Under the pieces are notes generated by a model that saw only the letters and a program-made list of their open reading frames with translations, ran no database searches and was not told the DNA's origin. Shown piece by piece: positions 61,773 through 64,000 of a stretch of DNA of 64,000 nt. The stretch is from Oikopleura dioica (taxonomy: Eukaryota; Animalia; Chordata). How positions within the stretch are numbered: position 1 is the stretch's first letter; every line of letters begins with the position of its first letter. The position numbers and the translations under genes are program-made. The stretch covers positions 13,640,001 through 13,704,000 of the forward strand of contig OU015568.1 of the NCBI GenBank assembly GCA_907165135.1, read 5' to 3'.

Positions 61773-64000
61773 ATTCCAGAAGCACTTTTCAATACATCAA
61801 AATGATGCCTAATTCAATTAGTGTTCACTTCTTCCGAAATTGTGTCTTTCTTAATCCTTTCACTTCCCAATCAATCAATTAGTTTGTAAACTGAAGCCTT
61901 CTAAAGTCATCGTCTAGTCTGGAATTGTCGCCATCGAATAAAAAGTATGCAATGGTTTGGATTAGTAGAGGAGATAATTTGCCTCGTTTCATTGTTTCAA
62001 TCTGCCAACAAGAGTGATTGGGATGCAGGATTTATACTTGCTGGTATTTCAGACCAATTTAATACAATCCAATCATTTGAGTTTAGGAATCACAGCCAGG
62101 GGTGGATAATTTGAAATCAAATCATTATTCCATTTTTTCCAGAGCAAAACCGGCTTGATGAATCAGTCTGAAATTTTAGGTAATGATTCGAATATATGAA
62201 AGATGAAAGCATGCGAAATTTCAAGCCGATTCATCAAGCCAAATTTGCTCTAGAATAAAATGGAATAATGGTTGATTTCAAAATATCCACCCCTGATCAC
62301 AGCTCTACTGAATCTTCAGAAATTATTCACTCCCAGTGAACAAAGGTCTCGTTTGAAGTCACCGTCTGCATTAAACTTATGATTAATTTAGATACTACGA
62401 GTGCAGCCGCCAGCGAGCATCAACGGGCACATGCATCTGCATGTTTCTCGTCTGTCAACTTACGCTCTCGTTGAGTGAGAGTTCAATGCAGAAGGCGCTT
62501 GCATATTCTGCAGCGATGAGCTTTATGATGTACCAGGTGCTATTTTCGGGCTTGTTCAGCGGAGTCAGCCTTCCTCTGTTCGTCCAGGCGCTTTTGTTAC
62601 TCGTAAGTTGATTATTGATTACTTAGTTTAAAATTGGCTAATCGAAAATATCTTCAAAAAAGTGAATGATTTCAGGTTCCTTCACTCGTCTGCCCCCAAC
62701 TCCTCACCACATCAGGGATCATCGACTGGGACGATTTAGTCGAGATCAGGTTCGGGATCAACACGACACGCTGAGGGCACGTTTCGTACGTAATGAAAAC
62801 TGTGTTGATCCCCCTGTGAGCATTTATTGCTTTCTAATCCTGGCTCTTACGGATTCGCTCCAATTTTCCTTTCCTCGAACATTTACCAATGGCTAGAGTT
62901 CAATACATACGAAGAATATCTATTAACACGAGAAACAAATTAATTATTCTTGGTTGAAACTAGGATATTTCATTAAAATTGATTGTATTGAACTTTTTCG
63001 CAGTGAAAGCTTTCTTGTATCATCTTTGATCATTCTCTCGTTGCGATGGACGATAGAGGCCCAAGCTGACGTCCTAGTAGAGGTAAGAAAGTTAGCAAGT
63101 GATGATGTTGTTTTAATTTGGATTAGACGTTTGCGGGTGTCGGAGTAATCATAAGTGCTGGCTGGATGGCATTGATCGTCACAGTATTGATCGTCGCTTG
63201 CGCCACCTTAACCAAGAGAGAACGCAATTCTTCCCCTAAGCTCACTCGAGCAGACTGCCACTTAGGAAACGGATACGCCTACGGATCCGTAGTACACACT
63301 TGTTCACATAACTTATGGGCTCTGAAATAGAAAGAGAGAGAGCCCAGTCGCCCGTAACGAAACCAGAATAATGAGGCTAATTTGGTAGAGAGAGCGGCGA
63401 GAATTTAGCCAGAATTACAAGCCTCTGAAAACACGACATCAAAAAGCGACATGTTTAAACGTAACAGGATTGACATGAGAGCAAATGTTGCACTGCGCAA
63501 ATGTAACACGGGGCGAAATAGTGAATCATGACCTTTATTGATTCAGAGTAACCAGTGATTCTTAAATACGAATTCAATGATTTCCAAAGAGTTTATTTTG
63601 TATCCGAAAAAGAGCTCTCGTTTTCTATGGGGGCATTTGTGCGTTTTGTCTCTTCACCACTCCCGTTGGCCTTATCTTTGGGTATGAGAGCGCAGTAATG
63701 ACTGTAATCTACGCGTTGGCCCGTCTGTGTGATTTTAATCACTTTCTGATGATAGCTGCCTGGTGCGGACTCACGATTCTCACCACTAAAATTATTGAGA
63801 AGCAGCAGAAGAACAAGATGCATCAATTTTGTACAGCACAACGCAAGGTAAACTCGTTTATTTCGATTCTCGCTCATCAAAACAATAGTGGAAGAGGTTA
63901 TATTTTTTCCTTGACACGGCGATCTTGATTTTACAGCAATAATATTTGCCAAGCAATGGCTTCATAGTTCAAAGTTTTCAAGCGTTTTATCCCGCTAAAA

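Noticed and set aside
62300-63330. Plus-strand exon-like blocks with GTAAGT/GTGAGC/GTAAGA donors and in-frame TGAs (possible selenoprotein near the tRNA-Sec theme)
   Set aside because: No consistent reading frame could be assembled, there is no similarity to known selenoprotein families and no SECIS was recognised. Left unannotated.
63593-63952. 119-aa minus-strand ORF at the window end
   Set aside because: No recognisable domain. It could be a terminal exon of a gene outside the window but cannot be supported here.
1-64000. CRISPR arrays, rRNA, SL RNA/5S repeats, autonomous transposase or retroelement ORFs
   Set aside because: None seen. The window is eukaryotic and its only clear mobile elements are the two non-autonomous MITEs.

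Overview
Compact, AT-rich eukaryotic DNA with mostly ~40-bp introns, co-oriented gene trains separated by 65-310 bp, acceptor-like TTTAG/TTCAG just upstream of several start codons, and some non-GT donors. This pattern fits a larvacean tunicate such as Oikopleura (inference, not proven here). A minus-strand train (1-23.7 kb) carries BECN1, SUCO, EIF1AD, orphan coiled-coil genes, MCFD2, SMARCC, ATP synthase subunit f, vezatin, UQCR10, MED21, CFAP418 and the start of an SH3BP5-like gene. Next come SH3BGR, a secreted helical/beta-trefoil protein and a CCDC88 (Girdin/Daple) gene. An ~11-kb gene-poor region precedes an Iroquois homeobox gene. Two duplicated orphan genes follow, then a plus-strand train: divergent Vasa-like helicase, a small orphan, two POLDIP2 paralogs, SNAPC3 and MIF. 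Non-coding features: a tRNA-Sec gene with its own TATA box and terminator inside a 248-bp intron, a tRNA-Gln gene inside another intron, a 945-bp palindromic hAT-type MITE in a coding exon, and a 554-bp Mutator-type element between divergent genes. The most unusual observations are the ~124-aa membrane extension fused to ATP synthase subunit f, the exonic MITE and the intron-nested tRNA-Sec. Gene models were assembled by eye, so some exon boundaries are approximate. Two homopolymer frameshifts suggest long-read consensus errors.
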